From: Candidatus Spyradenecus sp.
Lineage (GTDB): Bacteria > Verrucomicrobiota > Verrucomicrobiia > Opitutales > UBA953
Assembly: GCA_045535075.1 (NCBI GenBank)
Contig: JAZSKX010000002.1
Coordinates: 1-64,000 of the forward strand
Reading direction: 5' to 3'
Length of the DNA: 64,000 nt
Shown one piece after another: positions 31,574-41,389 of the stretch. How positions within the stretch are numbered: the first letter of the stretch is position 1; each line of letters starts with the position of its first letter. A program made the translations under genes and the position numbers. Under the pieces are notes generated by a model that did not search any database, was not told the origin of the DNA, and saw nothing but the letters and a program-made list of their open reading frames with translations.

Positions 31574-31607
31574 AAAAGGCACATTCCCTGCGGAGTGTGC
31601 CTTTTTT
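31574..31607. terminator. bidirectional terminator between rplS and xseA
   Basis: AAAAGGCACATTCC-ctgc-GGAGTGTGCCTTTTTT. Confidence 0.85.
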
Positions 31608-31625
31608 GTTTCCCGAACGGAACCC

Positions 31626-32927
31626 TTAGCCTGCAAGATCTCTGCCTTCGACGTGCGTCGTTCCGTCGTGGAACTGCAAGACGACCCTTTGCCCGAGAGA
31701 AATTTTTCCCGCAGAATCCAAAAGCGTTCCCGTCGCCTCGTCTTTGGCAACAGCAAAACCGCGCTTCAGGGTCGCATCCAATCCGGAGGCGGATAAGCGG
31801 GCCGCCAATTGATTCAAATGCAAGCGGGCAAGTTCCGTTCGTGTCGCAGGGAATTGCTTCTCCAAGCGGAAATTCAGCTTATCAAGTCGTTCCCGCAGAG
31901 AAGCGACTGCGGGAGCAAGCGCGCCGGAAAGTCGATGCGAAAGCAAATTCGCACGCGTTCGCATCAAAGCGAAAAGCGCGTGCGGCGAGCGGCTTTCGAG
32001 GCGGGCTTCAAGCAAATCCAAACGCTGCGCGAAATTTTCCAGCATCGCGGTCGCACAAGCCTCCAACGACATTTCGGCAGAGTCAACCCGTTCAACGATT
32101 TCCATGCGTCCGCTCGAAATATACTCGGCGGCGGCAGAAGGCGTTTCGGCACGCAAGTCCGATGCGAAATCCGAAAGCGTAAAATCAATTTCATGCCCGA
32201 CAGCGGAAATCACGGGAACGCGCGACGCACGCACGGCTCGCGCCACCGCCTCTTCATTAAAGCACCACAAATCTTCGAGCGAACCGCCGCCGCGACCGAC
32301 AACCAACACGTCTAAATCGCGTAGCGTTCCCGCAAGGCGAATGCCGCGCACGATTTCCTCCGCCGCGCCGACGCCCTGCACTTTCGCCGGAATCACGTAA
32401 AGCATTCCCACCCAATCCCGGCGACGAAGAATGCTGATAAAATCCCGAATTGCCGCTCCCGTCGGAGACGTTACAAAGGCAATTTTTTTGGCGAATCGGG
32501 GAATCGGGCGTTTTTTCTCTTTTGCAAAAAGGCCTTCCGCTTCCAGCTTGCGCAACAATTTTTCATATTCCGCCTGAAGCCGCCCAACGCCTTCTTCCTG
32601 CAAGATGCGGACAACAATCTGATAGTTCCCGCGCGGCGCATAAACGTCAACATCTCCGAAAACGACGATTTGCATCCCTTCCCGCAACCGAACATTCGAG
32701 CGCGCAAGCATTCCGCGAAACGCGACGGCGGAAATTTGGCTTCCCGCGTCTTTCAATGTAAAATACGCATGCCCGCTACTTTGAATGCGCAAATTAGAAA
32801 TTTCTCCGCGTAGCCAAACACCGGAAAACGCCGATTCCAGGGTTGATTTTATTTGCGCGGTCAGCTCGGAAACCGTCAACGGTTCTTCCCGTAGCTCGCG
32901 AAGCTCCGAATGTTCTCCGGAAAACAT
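31626..32927 (-). CDS. xseA: exodeoxyribonuclease VII large subunit
   Basis: VWLRGEISN, SGHAYFTLKD, VTSPTGAAIRD, RGGGSLEDLWCFN, SAVGHEIDFT, TPSAAAE. Confidence 0.96.
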   Translation of the reverse strand: MFSGEHSELRELREEPLTVSELTAQIKSTLESAFSGVWLRGEISNLRIQSSGHAYFTLKDAGSQISAVAFRGMLARSNVRLREGMQIVVFGDVDVYAPRGNYQIVVRILQEEGVGRLQAEYEKLLRKLEAEGLFAKEKKRPIPRFAKKIAFVTSPTGAAIRDFISILRRRDWVGMLYVIPAKVQGVGAAEEIVRGIRLAGTLRDLDVLVVGRGGGSLEDLWCFNEEAVARAVRASRVPVISAVGHEIDFTLSDFASDLRAETPSAAAEYISSGRMEIVERVDSAEMSLEACATAMLENFAQRLDLLEARLESRSPHALFALMRTRANLLSHRLSGALAPAVASLRERLDKLNFRLEKQFPATRTELARLHLNQLAARLSASGLDATLKRGFAVAKDEATGTLLDSAGKISLGQRVVLQFHDGTTHVEGRDLAG

Positions 32928-32940
32928 TTTCGTTCCCGCG

Positions 32941-33324
32941 TCAATTCGCTTCCCACGGGCTCAAAAAGCGCGTTCGGAAATCGTAAACATTATCAAAATC
33001 TTCAATGGAATCGCTTTCGGATTTCGCGAGAACTTTCTCATCAATCAGCGTATAAACAATGTCGCCGATATCACGCGTCTTTCCCAATCCCCACGTTTTC
33101 AAGACCTGAAATGTCATCGGCCCGAAACGATCCAAGGCAAAATCCGCCATGCCTTCGGCGAGTTCCTGCCCCGAAACATGGCGCTTCCCCGCAGGAGATT
33201 TTTGCCTTCCCAAGCGCTTAACGGTTTCGCCGAGAGCTTCGGAAACAAAAAGATAAGCCTCGTTCGCAAATCGCGAATCGCGGCATTGAATCTTCTCAAG
33301 CACGTCTTCAATCGTTTGGTCCAT
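32941..33324 (-). CDS. Verrucomicrobia/Planctomycetes-restricted protein (TIGR04138 / Minf_1886-like)
   Basis: DSRF..EAYLFVSEAL, RHVSGQEL, FGPMTFQVLKTWG, DIGDIVY.L, DSIEDF; start set at MDQTIED. Confidence 0.8.
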   Translation of the reverse strand: MDQTIEDVLEKIQCRDSRFANEAYLFVSEALGETVKRLGRQKSPAGKRHVSGQELAEGMADFALDRFGPMTFQVLKTWGLGKTRDIGDIVYTLIDEKVLAKSESDSIEDFDNVYDFRTRFLSPWEAN

Positions 33325-33433
33325 AAAAACAAGTCTATCTTCGCGCAAATTCTCCGCCCGGCGCAAGCGGAAATCCTCTCCGGAAACAACGAAGGAAGTG
33401 AAATTGAAAGTGACAGGATTGTCTCTCCCCCAC

Positions 33434-33468
33434 AAAAAAACGTTCCCGTGAAACAAATCACGGGAACG
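33434..33468 (-). terminator. terminator after PEP-CTERM gene 1
   Basis: A7-CGTTCCCGTGA-aacaaa-TCACGGGAACG, giving a U-tract on the minus strand. Confidence 0.8.
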
Positions 33469-33503
33469 CACACGTATTATGAATTAATAATCACTAAAAA
33501 AAA

Positions 33504-34226
33504 TTAGCGACGGCGACGGCGCGTGCCGACAAGCGCCAAAGCGCCCAAGCCCGCAAGCAAACCGAACGTCGACGGCTCGGGGATAGTAATCGTACTCATC
33601 GAAATGCTGTGGACGGTTTCGTTGATACGATAGTCACCACCAGTATTTCCTCCGAGAGCAATATCCGTGATATTTCCGGTAACCGTATCTGCGAGAGTTC
33701 CCGTACCTGTCATTACGTCGTCAACGTACAGCGTAACATTCGTGCCGATTTTAACTAAATCAACAGTGTAGATTCCTCCGGCGGCAACATTAACAAGATT
33801 GTTTTCGCCCTTGGTAAGATTTCCGTCAAGAGCGACACTATTTTCCATGTTTGTGTACGGACCGTAGCGCAGCGCAGTTCCGTTTCCCGCAATTGTAGCA
33901 AAAACAGGTCAAGCATTACTCGCAGAAATAGTATCTCCGAGTGTAAGCGTAACACTGAATTTGAAATCTTCATCCCAACTTCCATAAACACCGCCGGCAA
34001 GGTGCGGACGATGGTTATTAGCTGTGGTCACTCCTCCCTCGTTAACGTAATTTGAGACATCCCAGAACGTCCCCGCACTATTTAACGTTCCCGTGATCTC
34101 ATAGCCATTAGTGTATCCGCTCCCGAAATTTACACTCCAAATTTCGTTCTCGGTATAGTCGACATCCGCACTTGCGACTGCCATTCCCGCGGCGAGAAGA
34201 GCCGCAATTGTAATATATTTTTTCAT
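33504..34226 (-). pseudogene. PEP-CTERM sorting domain protein interrupted by one in-frame TGA (33909-33911)
   Basis: ORFs 33909..34226 and 33504..33848 share a frame: ...TISASNA*PVFATIAGNGTALRYGPYTNMENSV...; signal peptide at the N-terminus, IPEPSTFGLLAGLGALALVGTRRRRR at the C-terminus; 240 aa if read through. Confidence 0.85.
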
Positions 34227-34258
34227 GTTTTTTGTGATTGAGATTAAAAGAGGGGTCT

Positions 34259-34286
34259 ATTTTACCCCCCCCCTAAAAGTTATCAA
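34259..34286 (-). promoter_or_regulatory. sigma70-like promoter with G9 tract in the spacer
   Basis: Minus strand TTGATA-actttta-GGGGGGGGG-TAAAAT (16-nt spacer). Confidence 0.65.
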
Positions 34287-34405
34287 GCGGCTTTTTAAGC
34301 GCTCTTGGAGGCGGTTTTATGCGCGGAAAGAGCCGTGAAATCGGCATTCACGAATCTTCTCCGTTGCGGGAACGACCGGCAGAGCGTAGCGTTTTCAAAA
34401 GAAAT

Positions 34406-37400
34406 ATGGGCGATAGCGCGACACAGCAGGCATTTGACATTTTGGACCTTGAGCGCCCCGGCGTCATTGAAGCGTCGGCGGGAACGGGAAAGACATATTC
34501 GATTGCCGAAATCTATCTTGCCCTGCTCTGCGGGCACACACGCTACGCCCAAAATCCGCCGAAAGATTTTGATTTCGGGAGGAATCCGAATCCGCCTTCC
34601 GTGCGGGAAATTCTCGTCGTTACATTTACGGAAGCGGCAACGAACGAGCTGACCGAACGACTCCAAAAACGAATTCGCGAAGCCGTAAAAAAAGAGCTTT
34701 CGCCCGACGCGTCGGAAAAAGAAAAAAACGAACGCCGTCTGCTTCGCCTCGCCGACGCCGAATTTGACGAAGCGGCCGTTTCGACCATTCACGGATTTTG
34801 TATGCGCGTGTTGCGGGATTTCAGCTTTGAATGCGGCTTGCCGCCGGCGCTCGTTCCCGCAGAAAATCTCACGGAGGAAATGACGCGCTTTGCCGCACGA
34901 TTCCGCACGCGGGAAGCGTTGCTCGGGAACAAGCGCATTCTCGAACTTTCGACGAATGACATACGTTCGATTATCGACAAACTTGCTAAAAATCCGGACA
35001 TCGCAATCGCCGAACCGGACAACGGCGACCGCTCAGACCCCGACTTTCACGTCGCGACCCGAGGGCTCAAAGCATGGCTTACCGAACGCAAGAAAATTGA
35101 ACAACTCTCGTTCGACGAAGTACTGCTTCGCTTGCGCGATGCCCTGCGGGAAAAACCGCAACTCGCCCGGAAAATCGCCGCACGCTACCGGGTTGCGCTT
35201 GTTGACGAATTTCAGGACACAGATCCGGTTCAATGGGAAATTTTCAATCTCATTTTCGTCAGACAAAAGCGCCCGTTTTTCTGTGTCGGCGATCCGAAGC
35301 AGGCGATTTATGAATTTCGCGGCGGAGACATCCGCACGTACACGCAAGCCGTCGGTGAAATCCTTCGAAAGAACCGCGACAATCGCCTTCGCCTAATCAC
35401 CAACTGGCGCTCCGAAGCGACAATGATTGCGGCGTTCAACGAGCTTTTCCGCGCCGATTCCCAAATTGAGCCTACAGCCCAAGGCGTTCCCGTAAGCGGC
35501 AATCTGAATTACCTTGATGCCGTTCCCGCGAAGCGGAAAGAGGACTCCGAAAAAAACGCTCCCGCGATTTTTCTTCGAACCGGATTTTCCGGAGCGATTG
35601 AGGGAGCTCGCGCGAAAGTTCGGGAACGACTTGTCGAAGATATTCAAATTTTAATTACGAAACAAAAAATTCCGCCGGAAGCAATTGCCGTGCTTACACG
35701 CAAAAACAACGAAGCATTTGCAATTTTAAGAGAGCTGACGAAAAAAGGCGTTCCCGCCGTCATGAGCGCGACGGGCTCGGTGCTTGAAACGGAAGAAGCA
35801 TCTGCGATCGGCGAAATTCTCGACGCGATGCTCAATCCGAGCAGCACGTCCGCAATTCTTCGTGCGGCGGTTTGCGAATTTTTCGGTACTTCTTTTTTTG
35901 AATCACTCGCACAAAAAGGAAGCGGAGAAAACGAAGCGCTTTCGAAGTTGCGGGAACGCCTTTTTGAAGCGCAAAAAATCTGGGAGCAGCGCGATGTGCT
36001 TTCGGCGTTTTCATTGCTGGAAAAAACATATTCGTTCCGCGAAAATCTCGCGAAACTTTCCGAGGCTTCCCGACGACTTGCCAACGCGACGCACATTTTG
36101 GAAATTCTCCAAACCGAAGCCCACCAACGCCGCCTCGCGCCGCAAGCTCTTTTCAATCGTTTTTCGGAAATGCTGCGCTCGCCGAATCCCGACTCGGAAA
36201 AAGAAGCGCTGCGCATTGATTCCGACGCTCCCGCCGTACAAATTACCACGCTCCACAAAAGCAAAGGGCTTCAATACGAAATCGTGTTTCTCCCGAGCTT
36301 GTGGGACATGCCGATAAGCTCGGGCGGGAGCAAAGTCCGTTGCGTCCGTAGCCAAACACAAAGCGGCGACCGCCAAATACTGCTTCGGAAAAATGCCGCA
36401 ATTCAACACGCGGAAATCGAAGAAACCGCCCAAACGCACGCCTGCCTCAATTACGTCGCGTTTACGCGTGCAAAGAAAGCCTGCGTCGCCTACCACGCGA
36501 ATGAAGCCACTTCTTACGGGAAGAAAATCGAATCCTATTTTTCAAAAATCCTTTCCGCCGCCGGCATCTGCGGGAACGCAACCGGGAACGGCGAAGCGAA
36601 GCATTGGAAAATCCTTGCCGAAGACGACGCGCTCCCGGAAATTTTATTTCTCCGAGAAAAAAAATCGACGGCGCGCAACTCGCCGGACTTTCTGTTCCCG
36701 CAAAACAAACCGAAAAACGGTGCTTGGGGAATTTTCAGCTTTTCAAAAATTATCGACGACCACGAAACGCAAAACGGCAAACTCGAACCGGAAACCGACG
36801 ACGCCGAAAAAATCATCGACGGAACGATTCAAAAATCCGAGCTCTTCCAAGCTCCGGATTATTACGATCTCGCAGCCGGGAAAGAATTCGGGACTCTCGT
36901 TCACGCTATTTTCGAACAAGTCGATTTTAAAACGCGAAATAATCTCGATGCTCTAATCGAATTTTACAGAGAGCGTTTTCCGCAATGGCTCGCCGACGAC
37001 GCTTCCCGGGAAAAAATCAGAAAAATGATCGACGAAACGCTTGAGCTTCCCATCGACGGCAAGTCCGCCAAACTCAGCCAAATCGATTCGACGCGCGATG
37101 CATTACGGGAACTTGAATTCTTATTCCACGCCAAAAAATCCGAAAATTTGTATTCGGAACTTAATGACGTTTTTTCTTCTTGGGGCGGAATTTACAAACG
37201 CACAGCCGAAATTCATTGGGCGAGCGGAGACGCGGGAACGCTCAAAATAGAAGGACTGATGCACGGCTATATCGACTTGGTCGCAAGAACAAACGGGCGC
37301 TATTACATCGCAGACTGGAAAACCAATCGTGTGATGAAAAAAGACGAAAGAGCCATGTCACGTAAAAATCTTGAAGACGAAATCGCGGAATGCGGCTACG

Positions 37401-37600
37401 CGCTTCAATGGGCGATTTACGCCGTCGCCCTAAGAAAATTCCTGCGAAAAACACTGGGAGACGGCTATTCGACCGAGCGCAATTTCGGCGGAATCGCGTA
37501 CTTCTTTGTGCGTTGGAACACGGTTTTCTTTGACAACTCCCTGGACGACGGCAAACTCGACGCGCTCGAAAATATTTTATCGGAAAGGAATTCGCGATGA
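34406..37600 (+). CDS. recB: RecB-like UvrD helicase / PD-(D/E)XK nuclease
   Basis: IEASAGTGKT, ILVVTFTEAA, STIHGFC, LVDEFQDTD, VGDPKQAIYEFRG, TLHKSKGLQY, GYIDLV...IADWKTN; alternative start 34319. Confidence 0.9.
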   Translation: MGDSATQQAFDILDLERPGVIEASAGTGKTYSIAEIYLALLCGHTRYAQNPPKDFDFGRNPNPPSVREILVVTFTEAATNELTERLQKRIREAVKKELSPDASEKEKNERRLLRLADAEFDEAAVSTIHGFCMRVLRDFSFECGLPPALVPAENLTEEMTRFAARFRTREALLGNKRILELSTNDIRSIIDKLAKNPDIAIAEPDNGDRSDPDFHVATRGLKAWLTERKKIEQLSFDEVLLRLRDALREKPQLARKIAARYRVALVDEFQDTDPVQWEIFNLIFVRQKRPFFCVGDPKQAIYEFRGGDIRTYTQAVGEILRKNRDNRLRLITNWRSEATMIAAFNELFRADSQIEPTAQGVPVSGNLNYLDAVPAKRKEDSEKNAPAIFLRTGFSGAIEGARAKVRERLVEDIQILITKQKIPPEAIAVLTRKNNEAFAILRELTKKGVPAVMSATGSVLETEEASAIGEILDAMLNPSSTSAILRAAVCEFFGTSFFESLAQKGSGENEALSKLRERLFEAQKIWEQRDVLSAFSLLEKTYSFRENLAKLSEASRRLANATHILEILQTEAHQRRLAPQALFNRFSEMLRSPNPDSEKEALRIDSDAPAVQITTLHKSKGLQYEIVFLPSLWDMPISSGGSKVRCVRSQTQSGDRQILLRKNAAIQHAEIEETAQTHACLNYVAFTRAKKACVAYHANEATSYGKKIESYFSKILSAAGICGNATGNGEAKHWKILAEDDALPEILFLREKKSTARNSPDFLFPQNKPKNGAWGIFSFSKIIDDHETQNGKLEPETDDAEKIIDGTIQKSELFQAPDYYDLAAGKEFGTLVHAIFEQVDFKTRNNLDALIEFYRERFPQWLADDASREKIRKMIDETLELPIDGKSAKLSQIDSTRDALRELEFLFHAKKSENLYSELNDVFSSWGGIYKRTAEIHWASGDAGTLKIEGLMHGYIDLVARTNGRYYIADWKTNRVMKKDERAMSRKNLEDEIAECGYALQWAIYAVALRKFLRKTLGDGYSTERNFGGIAYFFVRWNTVFFDNSLDDGKLDALENILSERNSR

Positions 37601-39327
37601 CTCACCACGGCGACGGATTTGCCGGCAGCGAAGCACATTGGCTCGGCAGCGAAATTGAACTTCTTTCAAGCGACGCAGGATTTACGCCGAAACAAGCCGC
37701 GGAAATGCGCCGACTGACGGAAGCGCTCGCTAACGCCGTTTTTTCCGAGAAGGAAACATGCCTGCCGATTTCCGCCGCAGAAGACTTGGCGTTTCTCTGC
37801 GAATTGAGCAAAAACACAAATCCGATTATCTCCAGCGAGCCGAATGCCCGAACGCCGCTCATCCTAGATATCGAAACCGTAACAAACGCACCGACGCTCT
37901 ATTTCCGAAAACATTTCGCTGAAGAATGCTTCATTGCGCGCTCCGTTCGCGCCGCCGCAAATGCCCCGGAAGCTCCGATTTCCCCGCTTCAGGAAAACAT
38001 CATCGGCGCGGGAACGAAAGACGGATTCGGATTCGCGCTCACCGACGAACAAAAAAACGCAGTCCGGGCAATTCTCCGGAGGCAATTCACAATTATTTCC
38101 GGCGGACCGGGAACCGGGAAAACCAGCCTGCTGCTCCGGGCTCTCATCGGAATTCTTGCCGAAAATCCCGAAGCCTCAATCGAAATTGCCGCTCCGACGG
38201 GAAAAGCGGCAAACCGTATCCAAGAATCCATTACAAAACAATTTTCGGAAATCGACGACGGAAAACTGATTGCGACAGCGACAAAAAACGTTCGGGAGAA
38301 AATTTCAAAAATCGTTCCCAAAACGCTTCACCGATTGCTGTCACTTTCTGCGGGAACGACGCGTCCGAAGCCGATTCTCGCCGACGTCGTCATCATCGAC
38401 GAAGCCTCCATGATTTCGCAAAACCTGATGGCAACGTTATTAAGCGCCCTTCCCGCGCACGCGAAATTGATTTTGCTCGGCGACAAAAATCAGCTCGACT
38501 CCGTCCAACCCGGACACGTTTTCGGCGATTTTTATAACGCTCCCGCGCTATCGCGTTCCCGCGCATCGCTCGTTAAGAGCCATCGATTCAACGACGACAA
38601 TTTCGTCGGACAACTCGCCGCCGCCGTCCTCGACGGCAAAAACGAAAAAATCCCGAACCTGCTTTCGCGTGCCCCGGAAAACACGACCGTCGAGTATTGC
38701 GACGAGGCAAGCGCGCGGGAGCAAATCGAGCGCGTACTTCATCTGTGCCTTCCCGCCGAACTGAAAAATCCTTCGCCCGACATCGACCCGAAAACGATTT
38801 TGCACGCGCTGGAAAGTTCCCGCGTACTCACACCGAGCACCGAAGGCGTTTTCGGCGTACATGCTCTCAACGCCGCCGCACAAAAGATCTTTGCGCCGGC
38901 ATCCCGCGGCGAACATTTTCACGGACGCCCGATTCTCGTCACGCAAAACGCGCCGGAATTTTCGCTTAGCAACGGAGACGTCGGACTCATTTTGCGCTCG
39001 CCGGAAAACTTCAACTTTTATGCGTGGTTTCAGGACGGGAACGGAGAGGCCCGTTCAATTCCAGTCGTGCTTTTGCCCAAACACGAAACCGCCTACGCGA
39101 TGACGATTCACAAGTCGCAAGGTTCGGAATTTTCCCGCCTCGGCATTTTCTTTCCGAAAAACACGCGCCCCGGATTCTACACGCGCCAGCTTCTTTACAC
39201 GGCAATTACACGCTTTAAGGAAACGCCGCAGAGCAGACTTTGCTTCTGTTGCGATCCCGAATCCGTTGCAAGCGCCGTCAGCTCCGACGCACAATCGCAC
39301 TCGCTCCTTCCCGCGCGCCTGAAATAA
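37597..39327 (+). CDS. recD: RecD-like SF1B helicase
   Basis: ISGGPGTGKT, AAPTGKAA, TLHRLL, IIDEASM, LLGDKNQL, AYAMTIHKSQGSEF; ATGA overlap with recB. Confidence 0.92.
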   Translation: MTHHGDGFAGSEAHWLGSEIELLSSDAGFTPKQAAEMRRLTEALANAVFSEKETCLPISAAEDLAFLCELSKNTNPIISSEPNARTPLILDIETVTNAPTLYFRKHFAEECFIARSVRAAANAPEAPISPLQENIIGAGTKDGFGFALTDEQKNAVRAILRRQFTIISGGPGTGKTSLLLRALIGILAENPEASIEIAAPTGKAANRIQESITKQFSEIDDGKLIATATKNVREKISKIVPKTLHRLLSLSAGTTRPKPILADVVIIDEASMISQNLMATLLSALPAHAKLILLGDKNQLDSVQPGHVFGDFYNAPALSRSRASLVKSHRFNDDNFVGQLAAAVLDGKNEKIPNLLSRAPENTTVEYCDEASAREQIERVLHLCLPAELKNPSPDIDPKTILHALESSRVLTPSTEGVFGVHALNAAAQKIFAPASRGEHFHGRPILVTQNAPEFSLSNGDVGLILRSPENFNFYAWFQDGNGEARSIPVVLLPKHETAYAMTIHKSQGSEFSRLGIFFPKNTRPGFYTRQLLYTAITRFKETPQSRLCFCCDPESVASAVSSDAQSHSLLPARLK

Positions 39328-39422
39328 TCGTCGTTAAGGCGCGGCCGAAAATTTTCCGCTCCCGGTTAATTCCCTTTCCCGCAAGCTCGTTTTCTGTTTT
39401 TATTGTTCTTTTACTTTTTCAA

Positions 39423-41300
39423 ATGGACAAGAAAAACACAATTATTGGAGCATTGCTGATTGCAACGGCAATCGGACTTATGTTCTGGGATGCCCGAAAC
39501 CGTTCGGAAATGCCGCCCCCGGCGCCGAAACCGGCAATCGCGCAAACACAAAACGTTTCGCCCGCTCCCGTCGTAACACAAACACCGAATGCAACCGCCG
39601 TTCCCGTAGTCAAAGCGCCGCAGGAGCCGGAAAAAATCTTTTCGCTCGAAAATTCGACGCTCAAGCTCAATATCAGCTCACACAACGGCGCGTTGAAAAC
39701 CGTCGAACTGAAAACGCAACCGACCTCGCTCGAAGACAGCGCTCCGGTCGTTTTCAACGAAGGGTCTCCCGTTCCCGCGCTCCGCATGGCATCGCCGTCC
39801 GGCGTTCGCGGCGTCGAACCGATTCCGTTTGACGTAAATTTCGTTGTTGAATCTTCGACGGAAGACAGTGCTAAGCAAACGCGCACGCTAACGCTTCTCG
39901 GCAAAAAGGACGGGCTGGAAATTCGCCGTATTTACACGCTCTCGCTCGATGAAAAAGGCGAAGGCCTTCGCGACCCGTATTTGGTTAACCACGATATCAA
40001 AATCAAACGCGTCTCCGGCGAAGCAAAGGCGTTCCCGCTCCTGCTCTCGACAGGCATGCTTCCGCCGACGGAAGGCGATCGCGCCAACATTTTCCTGAAT
40101 GCTTCGTGGTACAACGGAGATGATTACGAAAAATGCCCGCCGAGCGAATTTAAAGACTCGTCCGGATTTCTCGGGCTCGGGGCGCATCGGGCGCTTCCGG
40201 ACTTCGAAGCCACGGTCGGGCACGCGGACCCGTTAAGCTTTGTTGCCGTAACCAATCAATATTTCGCCGGAGTTATCGGATTTGCGGAAAGCACGCGCCC
40301 GATCGCCTCTCGCGTTTTTGTGTTCCCGCAAAAACTTCCGCCTGCAGAACAGATTAACGACATTACGCTAACGACGCAGGCTTACGCGCAACTTGACGTT
40401 CCCGCGCTCAATATCGGGCAAACCGCCAATATCGCCCTGCACTACTTTGTCGGGCCGAAAGAATATACGCGCCTCGCCGAACTCAACGACACGATTGACG
40501 GCATCGACAATGTTGTCCAATTCACAAGCCTTTTCGGCATTATCTCAGTTGATTGGCTGTGCAAGATTCTGGTCGTCGTGATGAACGCAATTCACAATCT
40601 TCTGCCGACAAGCGCATGGGCTTGGGGCTGGTCGATTTTGGTGATGACGCTGATTGTCAAGGGCATCACGTGGCCGCTGACGATGGCGCAACAGCGCTCT
40701 GCAAAGAAGATGCAGCAGTTCAGCGAACCGATGAAGCAGATTCGCGAAAAATACAAAGACAACCCGCAGAAAATGCAGCAGGAAATGATGAAGTTGTATC
40801 GCGACAACAAAATCAATCCGCTCGCGGGCTGTTTCCCGGTTTTGATTCAAATTCCGATTTTCTTCGGGATGTACTGCGCGTTCCAAACCTGCGCGGAGCT
40901 ACGCCTGCAAGGATTCCTTTGGATTTCCGATCTTTCCATGCCGGACCTGATTCCGGGCATGGAGGATGCAACCATCCCGCTCATCGGCGCGCAAATCCAC
41001 CTGCTCCCGATTCTCATGGGTGCAACCATGCTCGCTAATATGGCGATGACGCCGATGCCGAACGCTCAGCCCGGGCAGAAAAATATGTTCTACATCATGA
41101 TGGCGATTATTCCTGTCATTTGTTACACAATGCCCTCGGCGCTAACGCTCTACTGGACGATGCAAAACATCCTGACCATCTTCCAAACTTGGTTGGTACG
41201 CCGTTCCCGCGACAAGGATTCCTCGGGAACAACGGGCGGCGTTGAAATCATTCCGCCGACCAAGAAAAAAGGACGCGGAAAAGGTCTTCCCGTTCGCTAA
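39423..41300 (+). CDS. yidC: membrane protein insertase YidC
   Basis: MDKKNTIIG, YFVGPKEY, WGWSILVMTLIVK, KINPLAGCFP, FLWISDLS.PD, PSALTLYW. Confidence 0.96.
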   Translation: MDKKNTIIGALLIATAIGLMFWDARNRSEMPPPAPKPAIAQTQNVSPAPVVTQTPNATAVPVVKAPQEPEKIFSLENSTLKLNISSHNGALKTVELKTQPTSLEDSAPVVFNEGSPVPALRMASPSGVRGVEPIPFDVNFVVESSTEDSAKQTRTLTLLGKKDGLEIRRIYTLSLDEKGEGLRDPYLVNHDIKIKRVSGEAKAFPLLLSTGMLPPTEGDRANIFLNASWYNGDDYEKCPPSEFKDSSGFLGLGAHRALPDFEATVGHADPLSFVAVTNQYFAGVIGFAESTRPIASRVFVFPQKLPPAEQINDITLTTQAYAQLDVPALNIGQTANIALHYFVGPKEYTRLAELNDTIDGIDNVVQFTSLFGIISVDWLCKILVVVMNAIHNLLPTSAWAWGWSILVMTLIVKGITWPLTMAQQRSAKKMQQFSEPMKQIREKYKDNPQKMQQEMMKLYRDNKINPLAGCFPVLIQIPIFFGMYCAFQTCAELRLQGFLWISDLSMPDLIPGMEDATIPLIGAQIHLLPILMGATMLANMAMTPMPNAQPGQKNMFYIMMAIIPVICYTMPSALTLYWTMQNILTIFQTWLVRRSRDKDSSGTTGGVEIIPPTKKKGRGKGLPVR

Positions 41301-41314
41301 AGGCATCACTCGAC

Positions 41315-41347
41315 AAAAAAATCCCTCCGAAACCGGAGGGATTTTTT
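41315..41347. terminator. bidirectional terminator between yidC and the TolC-family gene
   Basis: AAAAAAATCCCTCCG-aaac-CGGAGGGATTTTTT. Confidence 0.88.
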
Positions 41348-41389
41348 ATCGGAAAGCAAACGCTGAAATTAAGCAGAGGACGCGATTTC

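Noticed and set aside
33909..33970. Selenocysteine or genetic code 4 reading of the TGA
   Set aside because: No redox motif and no convincing SECIS; TGA serves as a stop in recB and sufE, and Trp is TGG elsewhere in the same gene
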